Shown here one piece after another: positions 13,338 to 25,405 of a stretch of 64,000 bases of DNA. Under the pieces are notes generated by a model. That model was not told the DNA's origin, ran no database searches, and worked only from the letters and a program-made list of their open reading frames with translations. The stretch's first letter is position 1; each line of letters opens with the position of its first letter. The translations under genes were made by a program, and so were the position numbers. This DNA comes from Octopus vulgaris. Lineage: Eukaryota. The stretch covers positions 76,818,001 to 76,882,000 of the forward strand of contig OX597827.1 of assembly GCA_951406725.2 (NCBI GenBank), written 5' to 3'.

Positions 13338-13645
13338 TATTATTTACATTATTTACATTCAACGGATATTTGTCCTCATCTTGTTTGTTGTTGACACAAC
13401 GTTTCGGCTGATATACCCTCCAGCCTTCTTCAGGTGTCTTGGGGAAATTTTGAACTTGGGTTCTCATTCCTAAGGTATTTTATCGATGTTGTTGTTGTTG
13501 TTGTTGTTGTTGTTCAGGTCACTGCCTCGAATTGAACTCAGAATCTTAGGGTTAGTAGCCCATGCTCTTAACCACTACACCATATGCCCGTGGGCACATG
13601 TAAATAATATAGATAATGTGTATAATTCCTCATCTCTTAAATATA
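13338..13645 (-). mobile_element. tRNA-headed SINE-like element carrying a hammerhead (copy 1)
   Basis: tRNA-like head 13517-13589 (A box TGGTGTAGTGG, B box GAGTTCAATTC), (AAC)n linker, hammerhead at 13393-13438. Homologous to 37841-38198. Confidence 0.75.
13393..13438 (-). ncRNA. Minimal type I hammerhead ribozyme (PLE-type)
   Basis: Minus strand: GACAC CTGAAGA A GGCTG gagggtatat CAGCC GAAA CG TT GTGTC. Stem I 5 bp, intact core, stem II 5 bp, palindromic stem III AACGTT. Confidence 0.85.
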
Positions 13646-13786
13646 CAACTGTACATTTGCACTTTGTTGTACATGCATAATCATATTACATTTAATTTGT
13701 ATATATAATATAATATATATATACAAACATGTAATGTATAACATCTATAATATATGTACATGTGTATATATATATATATATATATA

Positions 13787-14519
13787 TTCTTTTATTCTTT
13801 TAGTTGTTTTAGTCATTTGCCTGTGGCCATACTGGAGCACCGCCTTTAGTCGAGCAAATTGACCCCAGGACTTATTCTTTGGAAGCCTAGTACTTATTCT
13901 ATCAGTCTCTTTTCTCGAACTGCTCAGTTACAGGGACATAAATACACCAGCAAACAGACACACAAACATATACACACACATACATCATGACTTTGATCGG
14001 CCCAAGGCTATAGTAGAAGACACTTCCCCAACGTACCACGCAGTGGGACTGAACCAGGAACCATGTGGTTGGTAAGCAAGCTACTTACCACACAGCCACT
14101 CCTGCGCCTATATATATATATACTCTTTTACTCTTTTACTTGTTTCAGTCATTTGACTGCGGCCATGCTGGAGCACCACCTTTAGTCGAGCAAATCGACC
14201 CCGGGACTTAATCTTTGTAAGCCCAGGACTTATTCTATCGGTCTCTTTTGCCGAACCGCTAAGTGACAGGGACGTAAACACACCAGCGTCGGTTGTCAAG
14301 CAATGCTAGGAGGACAAACACAGACACACAAACACACATACATACATATACATATATACGACCGGCTTCTTTCAGTTTCCGTCTACCAAATCCACTCACA
14401 AGGCATTGGTCGGCCCTGGGCTATAGCAGAAGACACTTGCCCAAGATGCCACGCAGTGGGACTGAACCCGGAACCATGCGGTTGGTTAGCAAGCTACTTA
14501 CCACACAGCCACTCCTGCG

Positions 14520-14521
<2 letters not shown>
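13787..14521 (-). mobile_element. Two head-to-tail SINE family B copies
   Basis: 13787-14108 (internally deleted) and 14121-14521 (full). Confidence 0.9.
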
Positions 14522-14600
<79 letters not shown>

Positions 14601-14817
14601 CATCTATAATATATGTAATATTTATTAAATATTCATCATCATCATTACTAAACTTATGCTATATTGATAGTTACATCTTGTGTGTGTGTGTGTGTACACA
14701 TCGGTCCCTGCAGTTTATTAAGTATATAATGCACAATTATGCATTGTGGAAAAAAAAAACAATGTGAATGAATGTCTAATATTATTTTAATTAATCAGGT
14801 AAATAAGGGAAGCAACT

Positions 14818-14860
14818 CCTCTGGACATGTTTCTATCTTATTAGCCCTCTTCAGTAAAGG
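14818..14860 (-). ncRNA. Decayed hammerhead relic, antisense, ~160 bp upstream of the ZNF acceptor
   Basis: CCTTTA CTGAAGA GGGCTAATAAGATA GAAA CATG TC CAGAGG. Stem II is disrupted. Confidence 0.4.
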
Positions 14861-15022
14861 GTTTAAGTGATTGAGTTTAGGGTTACTTTTTGAAACTGCA
14901 GTAATTAGTCAATCCTTCCAACAAACAATCTGTATATTTTTGCCGCTACCTGCATGACAGCCACCACTTCCATCATATTTATTTAACTATTTATTTATTT
15001 GTCGTTGTTGTTGTTTTTGCAG

Positions 15023-16109
15023 GATCTCCCAAAAGCCAAACAGCAGACAGTTGATGCTGAATCAGGGCCAGGAGATGATGGGGTACACAAACAGGCCCAC
15101 CACTGGTGCCACTCCAGGCACGACCACCACCACCACCACCACGACAAGCACCACCAACACCACCAATCAGGTCCCTGGTGTGATGTTCTGCATGCAGTCA
15201 CCCCAGTTTCCCCTGGGGAGACAGTTCCCTTGTGAAGCTTGCGATCAAGTATTTCCACTCTACGACCAGTTGAAGCGACACCGGCAGTCGTCGCATCCGT
15301 CAGCGTCATCACTAAAAACATTTACCTGTAACATATGTGAGAAGGTGTTCTCGCAGAAGATGTCGCTAATCAACCACCAGAGGATCCACACCGGGGCAAA
15401 GCCGTTCTCGTGTGACCAGTGTCCGAAGTCGTTTTCCCAGGTGTCGAGTCTCCGCTGTCACAGTCGCACCCACACGGGGGAGAAACCCTTTAAGTGCTCT
15501 GTGTGTAACAAATCGTTCAGTCAGAAGGGGAACCTTCAGGTGCACATGCGACGCCACACGGGCGACAAGCCGTTTGCGTGCAGCGTGTGCATGCGGGCGT
15601 TCAGCCAGAAGGGGAACCTACAGACCCACATGAAGCGCCATGTGAACGACAAACCACTCAGCTGCAACCTGTGCGGGAAAGTCTACATGTACAAATCGTT
15701 GCTCAAATGCCATGAAAAGACGCACCTCGTCGAACAAATGGCTGCTGGCGCAAACAGCAGCTACAACAACAACAACAACCAGAACAACAATAACCACCAC
15801 CACAACAATAACAACAACAACAACAACAGTAACAATAACAACAGCAACAACAACAACAGCAACACCCACCACCCTCATCAACAGCCACACCACCATCCCC
15901 ACCACCAACAACAACAACAACAACAGCAGCAGCAACAACAACAACAACAGCATGCACACAACCCGCAGCCCCATCACCACCCGCATCATCATCATCCGCA
16001 TCACAACAACACTGGAAACAACAACAATAACAGCTACAATAACAACAACAACAACAACACTAGCAACAGTAAAATGTTGGACAATGAAATGGTATATAAA
16101 CAACTTTGA
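15023..16109 (+). CDS. C2H2 zinc-finger transcription factor (6 fingers, Asn/His/Gln-rich tail), main coding exon
   Basis: Six CxxC-x12-HxxxH-type fingers with TGAKP/TGEKP/TGDKP linkers. Acceptor TTGTTTTTGCAG ends at 15022. Frame is open from 15024 (ISQKPNSRQLMLNQ...) to TGA at 16107-16109. First in-exon ATG is at 15054. Confidence 0.95.
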
Positions 16110-16220
16110 ACTGGTTGAAACCGGTCGGAACTTAACTGGGAATCTTCTAGAAGATAGTGGACTAATGGCCAGGAATCTGTCCCTGGCCAGAAAAACATGC
16201 AATAGGTACTTGTCAAACCT

Positions 16221-16270
<50 letters not shown>

Positions 16271-16272
16271 TT

Positions 16273-16310
<38 letters not shown>

Positions 16311-17014
16311 CATGCATGTGTGTGCATATGTGTGTGTGTATGTATATATGTATAGATATGAATACACACATGTATATATGCATACACATATATATACACA
16401 TGCATCCTATTTATGTGCATTATATATATATATAAATACATACATACATGTATGTATATGTATGTATATACATACACATACATCTATAGATATATAGATA
16501 TAAATTGTATGTACGTATAGATTATACACACACCTACATATATCTATCTGTAACAGACATAGGTACAGATACATTATACATTATATTTTTATTTATTTGA
16601 TATCACGTCTGATAAACAATCTCACCGTTGGCAACAGGTCACCAACTGACCAATCATTGGTACACAGCATTTCGGATGGTGACGGACGAAGAAGAACAAC
16701 AGAAGCATCACCAGCCTGAGATTCTCATAGCTTTCATAAACATGCACACACACATACACGCATGCATATGCGCATATGCACACGTATGTATGTGTATTTA
16801 ATAAGAGTCTAACCTCAGTTCCGCATTACTTAGAGTTTTGTGGATGTAGGATATGTCCACCTTGTCAGATGTAACTCCAACCAAATGTGTCGAGTGCTAC
16901 TTCCTTTTGGTTTGTTCACTCAAATGTATGTGTGCATGTGTGTGTGTGTGTGTGTGTGTAGGTATGTAGGTACACAGGTATGTTAAAATAATATATATAT
17001 ATATTAATATATAA

Positions 17015-17057
<43 letters not shown>

Positions 17058-17064
<7 letters not shown>

Positions 17065-17549
17065 ATTATTAATTGAGGGAATAAAATCCAAACTTCCAAG
17101 GAAAAAAATTCAATTTAGAAATACTAAATCAAATTTCACACAATATAATATATATATAAAAAATTAGAAAAAAAATTACCTTTTATCAATTCAAAATGAA
17201 CAATTAAATTACACCATCTAGAAAATTACATATAATAAAATATATTCTTTTCTAGATGGTATAGGAATATCCTTCAATGATGAATTCCAAAAGAGTGGTT
17301 CTATTTTACCTGTAAGTTCCTTAACTGACGATAATGAGGGTAATTTCTCAGAAACGTTAGTTATAAATATAATATAATAGTAATTATTATTTGAGGGAAT
17401 AAAATCCAAACTTACAAGGAAAAAATTCAATTTAGAAATACTAAATCAAATTTCACACAATGTAATATATATATAAAATATTAGAAAACCACCCTTTATC
17501 AATTCAAAATGAACAATTAAATTACACCATCTAGAAAATTACATATAAT
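17058..17549. mobile_element. Penelope-like element remnant: ~175-bp direct repeats with an inverted ORF-start fragment
   Basis: 17058-17239 is repeated at ~17377-17549. The spacer encodes on - ...WNSSLKDIPIPSRKEY, which resembles PLE ORF N-termini (from memory), and has an HHR-like CTGACGA..TGAG/CTCA GAAACGTT at 17325-17363. A further inverted copy lies at ~57860-58050. Confidence 0.6.
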
Positions 17550-17636
17550 AGAAAAGTTAAAATTAAAGTAACAATAAAATGTAAAGATTAAGTAAATTGC
17601 AAAAATAATAATAAAAACGTATATAATAGGTAGAAA

Positions 17637-17724
17637 AACGACACATGTTTCGCGACTATATTTAAGAAATGATTATAGTAGCAAGAGAAATCACTTTGAT
17701 ATAAATATAGTCTCTCATCAGGTT
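17637..17724 (-). ncRNA. Type I hammerhead with long stem II
   Basis: AAC CTGATGA GAGACTATATTTA...TAAATATAGTCGC GAAA CA TG TG TC GTT. GUC cleavage triplet; stem I only 3 bp. Confidence 0.7.
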
Positions 17725-18711
17725 AAAAATAAACTAGAATAATAAAATAATTAATTAATAAATATACTTTAATATATATATCATCATCATCATCATTGTT
17801 TAACGTCCGTTCTCCATGCTAGCATGGGTTGGATGGTTCGACCGGGGATCTGGGAAGCCAGAAGGCTGCACCAGGCTCCAGTCTGATCTGGCAGTGTTTC
17901 TACAGCTGGATGCCCTTCCTAACGCCAACCACTCCATGAGTGTAGTGGGTGCTTTTTACGTGCCACCGGCACAGAAAATCCTAAATATACATAAGTGAAA
18001 AATAAAATAATACTTAAATAATTAAATACTTTGAAATTAAATAAAATACACAAAGCTAATACAAGTCATTAAATTGTAATCAAAATAAAAAATGTTTCAA
18101 ATATGAGAAGAAGGATTGTTAACAGTTGAACTGTCCACCTTGTATTTGCTTCCATAACCCTTAATTTGCAGACACACAGACAGACAACATACCAAAGTAA
18201 ACAATACACTGATTCCATCCACCATGGAACATCGCAGAGAATCTCAGCTGGAAATATTTACTGCATTCTTCGGACACCATTATTTTGTTTCTCTCCCTCC
18301 CACCTTTTTTTTTCTTCTTTATTTTATTTTATTTTATTGGAGTTTTTTTTTTTCTCTTTTCTTTTTTTTTTAAATTCTGATAAATAACATTTTGATTTGT
18401 GATTTGCTGTGTTTAACGAACTAACTTTACATTGGTTCTGCGTCTGGGTGGGTGTGTGTCTGTGTGTGTGTGAGGCAGATCAGGGGGGGCGTGGTATACT
18501 TGAAATAAAAAGTAGAAGACTTTTGCATTGCTGTAGTGCCCCCTCAACCCCTTTATTTTCCCTTCCATTCAAATTCCCTTTTACCCTCAAAATCCCTATT
18601 CTCTCTCCCTCCATACTCTATACTCACCCCACTATTTATCCATTTAATATTCATTGTATACTAATGTATTCTTTGAATAATTCTAACTTAATAATGAATT
18701 AATTGTTTAAT

Positions 18712-18761
<50 letters not shown>

Positions 18762-19018
18762 ACACATTTATGTATAATAAAATAAGATTTATACATACAA
18801 TATATGTGTGGTATTTATGTAAACAAAATATATTCACAATAAGCATGTTTGATCTATCTTTCTATCCGTCCATCTATCCCTCTATCTGTCTGTCTATCTA
18901 TTTCTCTCTCCCTCTCTCTCCCCCTCTCTCTCTCTCCATCTATCCATTGTTCTATCTATATTTTTATCTCTGTGTATCTGTGTACTTCCCTTTCTCTTTA
19001 TCTATCCATCTATTTATG

Positions 19019-19055
<37 letters not shown>

Positions 19056-20104
19056 TTCGATCTATCTATCTACCAACTACTACTACCCTTCTTTTTTTTT
19101 TTAGTACCTGTAACATATTCCATGTCATGTTTTTGCATTTGTCTCCAGGAATTTGCAACTGGAAAGTAACACATGAACCACCCCAACAGCAATACTGAAC
19201 AGAAAGACAGAGCTAATATCGACCTGCAGTCACAGTATGAAATCTCTTCAGGGAAACAGACAGAGCTCCTGTGATATCAAACATCATGTCATACATGACC
19301 ATCTTGTCTTTTGCTTCAACAATTACCACATTGTCTGTCATAGGTTGGTGGGTTCTAAATTCAGGACAAGGTTTCAATGAGGAAGCAGCAGCAAAAAGCC
19401 ACCTTTGTAACCACAGGGTTCCAGGTTCATCCCCAGTCTGTGGCATCTTTGATGAATGTGTTCTACTGCAGCTTCAAGTTCACCAATGCCTTGCAAATGA
19501 AATTTGCTCGATGGAAACTGTGCAGAAGCCTGTGTGTGTATGTGCCTTGGTTCACATTTGGGATCCATGGAAGTTACTTGCTGTGAGTGGTGCAGTTGTG
19601 GCCATTTCTTCTCTGAATGAATTGCCCACCTGCCTTGTGCCTTTGAAGACGTGAAATAAAAAACCCATTGCTTAAAAAACAAATAAGGATTAGCAACAGA
19701 AAGAGCATCCATCTGTAAAACAACATCCCCATAACCTGTTTGCTTAACTTGTGTGAGTATGGAAGAATGAACTTAAGACAAATTGAATATTAAATACACA
19801 GTGATTCAGGTGTCCCTTTAGTATATATTCATAAATCTGGACCACAGAAATGTACAAGTTTTTTTGTAATTCTCTTTGTTTATTTTCTCTTATTCCTTTC
19901 TGTTAAAGAGTGTAGGCTCGAAACATAAAAAGACTTTTTCATTTTTCCCAAGCATCAAACTAATACACTTGCTTGTTGTTCATACACCTGTCTTTGTCTT
20001 GTTTTTCTAAAAAATTTGAAATACATATATATATATATGCATATATATATACATATATACATATATATATATACATATATACATATATATATATACATAT
20101 ATAC

Positions 20105-20151
<47 letters not shown>

Positions 20152-20536
20152 CACACACACATGCATACATGGATACAGGATGTCACTAAACAGTAAACAA
20201 CATGAAATATGAAAGTAAATGAGTTCAATACACAAACAATGAGAGAAAGAAATGGAAAACAGGACAAGTAGCACAAAGAACGACCCTTCATCAGTTGTCA
20301 GCTCTCTTCTACTCCTCATTTTGAGCATTGAATGACAATATGAGTCTTCGAAGACAGTTGCTCCAATACATACCAAAATAAAATTTGGGATTTTATGGAG
20401 GGACAAAGTAGGGAACAAAGACAAAGACAAGTGGAGACATACAAGGAAACTGAAAAAGAAATACAAACATGGAGGACGTTGGACTAGAACGAGAGTAAAA
20501 ATGAAGAAATATTTTCTTTGACAAGAGAAAAGATAT

Positions 20537-20842
20537 GCACACATATACATACACACTCACACATACATACATACACACACACATACATACATACATACAT
20601 GCTTACATATATACATACACATACATACACACAGACATACATACATACATACATGCTTACATACATACATACACACACACATACATACATACATACACAC
20701 ACACATACATACATACACACACACATACACACACACATACATACATTCATACATACATACACACATACATACATACACACATACATACACACACATACAT
20801 ACATACATGCTTACATATATACATACACATACATACACACAT

Positions 20843-20875
<33 letters not shown>

Positions 20876-21006
20876 TACATACACACACACATACATACAT
20901 ACACACACACATACACACACACATACATACATTCATACATACATACATGCATACATACATACATACATACATACATACATGTATGTGTATGCATAGATAC
21001 ACACAC
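20537..21006. repeat. Compound (CATA)n/(CA)n array
   Basis: Directly visible, with recurring ATGCTTAC and CATTCATA variants. Confidence 0.95.
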
Positions 21007-21493
21007 AAAAGGCCATGCATTCAATTCCTGGAAATGGCTACCATCAGTCCCTCGCATTAGCTCTGAGATCCTGGAATTTCTTTTGGACAAAGAGTCAAAA
21101 AGGGCACAAAAAGTATTTATGTCTGTTTGTAGTTATATGAAAGTCTAAAACAGTTGCTTTATGCTGAAAATGAGATGACCCGGTACAGTTTGTTTTACTT
21201 GAGATAAGACATCAAAGTACAATGTTGCTTCAGTAAAATGAGACAGTCCAGTTCTGCATTGCTTCGTTAAAATTAGACGACCCAGGACTGAGAGGCATCA
21301 CTAAAAATGAGATGACTTAAGAAAAAGTTTTAACCAATCACTGTCATTTGTCATTTTTATTTCTATTTTGATACATTTTTTCTTGTTGATAATTAAAAAA
21401 GTTTTTTTTTTATTTATTGTAACTTGATAGAGCAGTTGTGATAGTACTAAAATTTAATTAACCATTAAATTACATGTGGATTGCATCTCACAT

Positions 21494-21843
21494 CATCCTT
21501 TCTCAAAGGTAGATGAGTCACAAAAGCATTCGTATACAGAGCTAAACTAACAACCTCAGCTGCTGTCACAGAGAACTGCATTGAACTGATTCAAAGCGGA
21601 TTTGAAAGCAAGCCTTACAAAACGAATCTCTTCCTTCAATCCTGAGATAAAATAAGTCCCTCCTCTCTATTTTCAACTGAAGGGGAATCCAGTCAAAAAA
21701 AGCCCTTGTAACTTAGTCCATAGTTCAGAGTGGAATGTATTTGTCAAAATATGTAACTTATGTCTCACTGAGAAATATAATATCTTGTCAATTAATCAAA
21801 ATATTTAAATGAAAAGCAAGCAATAACGTCTTAATGTACACAC
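21494..21843 (+). pseudogene. Decayed GIY-YIG endonuclease C-terminus of a Penelope-like element
   Basis: Frameshifted translation G R*VTKAFVYRAKLTTSAAVTENCIEL...ISSFN...ICNLCLTEKYNIL...LNEKQAITS*CTH. This matches the PLE pattern IVY..YIG..SF..CNLCLxEK..LNKR..CRH. Confidence 0.65.
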
Positions 21844-21899
21844 ACACACACACACACATATATGTATATATTAAAACACTCCTTGCAGCTGCTAGTATG

Positions 21900-22780
21900 T
21901 AAGCACACCACCACCTGCAGAGGCCAATAGTCCACATTATTTTCTAAAAAGCTGTGATCATTTCATGACAGTGGACCCAATCTTGGTGTAACCTCCTTGA
22001 TTTCAGACCAAGAGAGACTGATTGCTTTTACTTCATCCTCCAAGCATCCTTTCCAAGTCTTCTAAAGTCATCCAACTTTCTTCTTTCCTTCGGGTTTCCA
22101 GTCTAACTCTTTACCTTGCAATGTTCCTTGGAGGTCCCCTTAGAGTGTGCCTGATCCAGCCCCTTTTTTCTTTTCAGAATTTCTTGATTGATGGGAGTTT
22201 TGGTTTGTTCTATCCCACAGACTTCTGTTTGAAATCTTGTCCCCCTCCCCCCACACCATATTTTGAGGACAAAGCACAGGTGTTTGTTGGTGATGACCTG
22301 TAGCTTGCCCTTTATGGCTTTGCTGACCCTCTACGCTTCTGACCCATAAAGAAGAACAGCCTTGATGTTGGAATTGAAGGTGCAGATGCCATTGGTGTCA
22401 TTTAATTAACATCTTATATAATTATAAGGCACTAAAAGAGAATGATTCTCCCCAGACACAACAGAATATGCTTCAACACACGAACTCATATAAAGAATCT
22501 TGCAATCCAAAAACGAAATATATATAATAGTAATTTCCTTTTGTATATTCAGCGTCCAACATTCTGCATCAAAGATCAGCAACTTGACCATTTTTATAGA
22601 AATATTCACCACTCACCTCTGCAAACAGTCTTCATCACTGTTGTGTGCACCACTCAAGGGTCCTTAACACTAGCATTTGGTCCAAATTGGCCAAAATAAG
22701 ACAGACACTAACAATTCTCCGGACACCCAACCAGTTTGTTTTTTGTCTCTTTGTTGCCTGAATGAAACAACACCAAAAAT
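21900..22780 (-). mobile_element. RTE-clade LINE relics (two fragments)
   Basis: WIRHTLR..DWKPEGK.. and LLIFDAECWTL (LLYG.E.WTL motif), frameshifted. Confidence 0.6.
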
Positions 22781-23412
22781 ACAGGTCCAACATTCACTTT
22801 CAGTAATAATAATAATAATAATAATTTCAAATTTTGACACAAGCCCAGCAATTTCGGGGAGGGGGGCTAAGTCAATTGCATGCATCCCAGTACATAACTG
22901 GTGCTTATTTTACTCACGCTGAAAGGATGAAAGGTAAAGTTGACCTTGGCAGAATTTGAACTCAGAATGTAAAGACAAACAGAGAATGCTGATAAGCTTT
23001 TTACCTGGTATCCTAATGATTCTGCCAGGCTGCTGTCTTAATAATAATAATACTTGATCGATAGAGGAATAATTGATGAAAGCATTCGAGCGTTCATTGA
23101 AGCAAGTATGTGCTATCACATGCAAATTTAATAACTGGATTGAGCAAATGTAAACATATACCACATAAACATATTAAGTGGTAAAAAGTTTAATTCTTAA
23201 CTAAAAGGTATTGGGTTCAATCTGATAGTATAACACCTCCAATGGGTATTTTCTGCTATAGTTCCAGACTGATTAATGTTTAATTAAAGTGTACAGTATA
23301 ATATATCCATTACGTCTAGCCTTACCAATCGGTTTTCCACTAGGAGTTTAAAGGAGTGTTAGAAAACAGCCTGATTATGTGACCTAGTCACCACATTTCA
23401 TTCCACAATGGC

Positions 23413-23493
23413 TACCTCTGATGAGCACGGGGTTACATAATCGGACTGTTACCTAACATTCTGTTGAGCCCCTAGTGCGAAACTTGATAGGTA
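23413..23493 (+). ncRNA. Hammerhead-like motif with long stem II and degenerate cleavage site
   Basis: TACCT CTGATGA GCACGGGG...CCCCTAGTGC GAAA CTTGAT AGGTA. Confidence 0.55.
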
Positions 23494-24113
23494 AAATCGT
23501 CTGTAATGAATCGTTTTTTCCGTCCTTGTTTTTGTATACATTCACTGCTTTCTTCCAAGGAATCTAATGCTCTTAGTTTAGTTTTTCCTTGGGGCTGGCC
23601 AGACTGGAGCAACACAAGAATAATCAGCCAAAATTGCGAGGATAATCTGGTGCTTGACTGAAGAAAGAAAACTTTGAATGACCTGTCCTTGTTTTCTTTG
23701 AATCCTCTTTCTGGATGTATTGTCCCTTTTTTGTATCACCTAACTGTCCGGATGCTTTGCGTTCTTGTCCCATTTTGTATTTTATATATGTGTATATATA
23801 TAATAATAAGAGTAAATAATTCCTATAATGGTTTTTTTAAAAAAAAAAAACCAACAATTATTTACTGGTAGAATTCGGTATGTAAATATAACCGATTAAT
23901 GGTAGGAACTTCTGTAAAGTTCAGTATATATATCGTATATAAATAAAAGGGGCAGGCAACAGGTTGCTTGGCTACATACCGAAAAATTAGAAATAGCAGT
24001 CAAGACTGTTTATTTCTATTTTCTACAAGTCGGACTCCACACACGACATATCCCTGTAATTCACATATGCAAAACAGAAGGAATAAATAACGGAAACAAA
24101 GTCTGGCGGTTAT

Positions 24114-24177
24114 TTGCGAACATGTTTCTAAATTATAAATATATTTCATATATATTTCACATCCGTCATCAGCGCAA
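24114..24177 (-). ncRNA. Type I hammerhead ribozyme
   Basis: TTGCG CTGATGA [AT-rich stem II AAATATAT/ATATATTT] GAAA CATG TT CGCAA. Palindromic stem III ACATGT, GUU site, 5-bp stem I. Confidence 0.7.
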
Positions 24178-24257
24178 CACTTGCATATGTGAATTACAGG
24201 GATAATATATATATATGTGTGCATAGATAGATAGCTAGATATGTATATATATGTAAT

Positions 24258-24303
<46 letters not shown>

Positions 24304-25020
24304 TCATCATCATCATCATTTAACGTCCGCTTTCCATGCTAGCATGGGTTGGACGGTTCAACTGGGGTCTGGCAAGCCCGAAGGCTGCACCAGGCCAGTC
24401 AGATCTGGCAGTGTTTCTACAGCTGGATGCCCTTCCTAACGCCAACCACTCCGAGAGTGTAGTGGGTGATTTTATGTGCCACCGACACAGGTGCCAGACG
24501 AGGCTGGCTATATATATATATATATATATATATCATCATCATCATCGTTTAACGTCCGCTTGATGATGATGATATATATATACATATCTAGCTATCTATC
24601 TATACACACATGCACATAGATATGTACACACACGCATATGTATATATATACACACAGATATGCATATATGTGTATCAGTATAGACACACACACACACACA
24701 CACATGCATATCACATATCCATAAGCTGTAACTCTGACACTGCAGTTATTTGCAATTGTGCCCATGAGCAAGGCAGATAACTCTGTTTGTCCTAATTAGA
24801 CAATGAGAGAAAAAAAAATTTATCAGGTCACATAGGGAGAGAAGACAGCTGAGGTTACACACTCTTGCATGAGAGCATTGATATATGACCACACACACAC
24901 ACACACACATACATACACAGATATATTGACATATATACTCATATATATTGACATGCGCATGTAAATGTTCATATATATATATATGTATGCATATGCGTAT
25001 ATATATATATATATATATAT

Positions 25021-25321
25021 ATCACGCGATCACGTGACCGACCAGACCATCAGATGTTGTTACACATCGCTGGTCACAATGCGTTCGCATTGTTTTAGCC
25101 TTCGAATGACGCCACCCCGCTGGCTAAGCGAGCAGGCCAACAGAAGAAAGAGTGGGAGAAAGAGTGGTGAAAGAGTACAGCAGGGATCACCACACCCTGC
25201 CGGAGCCTTGTGGAGCTTTTAGGTGTCTTCGCTCAATAAACACACACAACGCCTGGTCTGGGAATCGAAACCGTGATCCTGTGACCGCGAGTCCGCTGCC
25301 ATAACCACTAGGCCATTGCGC

Positions 25322-25323
<2 letters not shown>
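25021..25323 (-). mobile_element. tRNA-derived SINE (further family)
   Basis: Head GGCGCAATGGCCTAGTGGTTA..GGTTTCGATTCCC. Related heads at 52583 (+) and 8338 (-). Confidence 0.75.

Positions 25324-25405
<82 letters not shown>

Noticed and set aside
13517-13589. tRNA-like sequence (ACT loop), also at 37998-38070, and other SINE heads
   Set aside because: Acceptor and D stems are imperfect and they sit in repeated elements; these are SINE heads, not tRNA genes.
23859-23996. CTGGTAGA..CGGTATGTA/TACATACC GAAA; also TGAG-GTA-CTCA-GAAA near 27775
   Set aside because: Cores and cleavage sites are too degenerate to call; at best relics.
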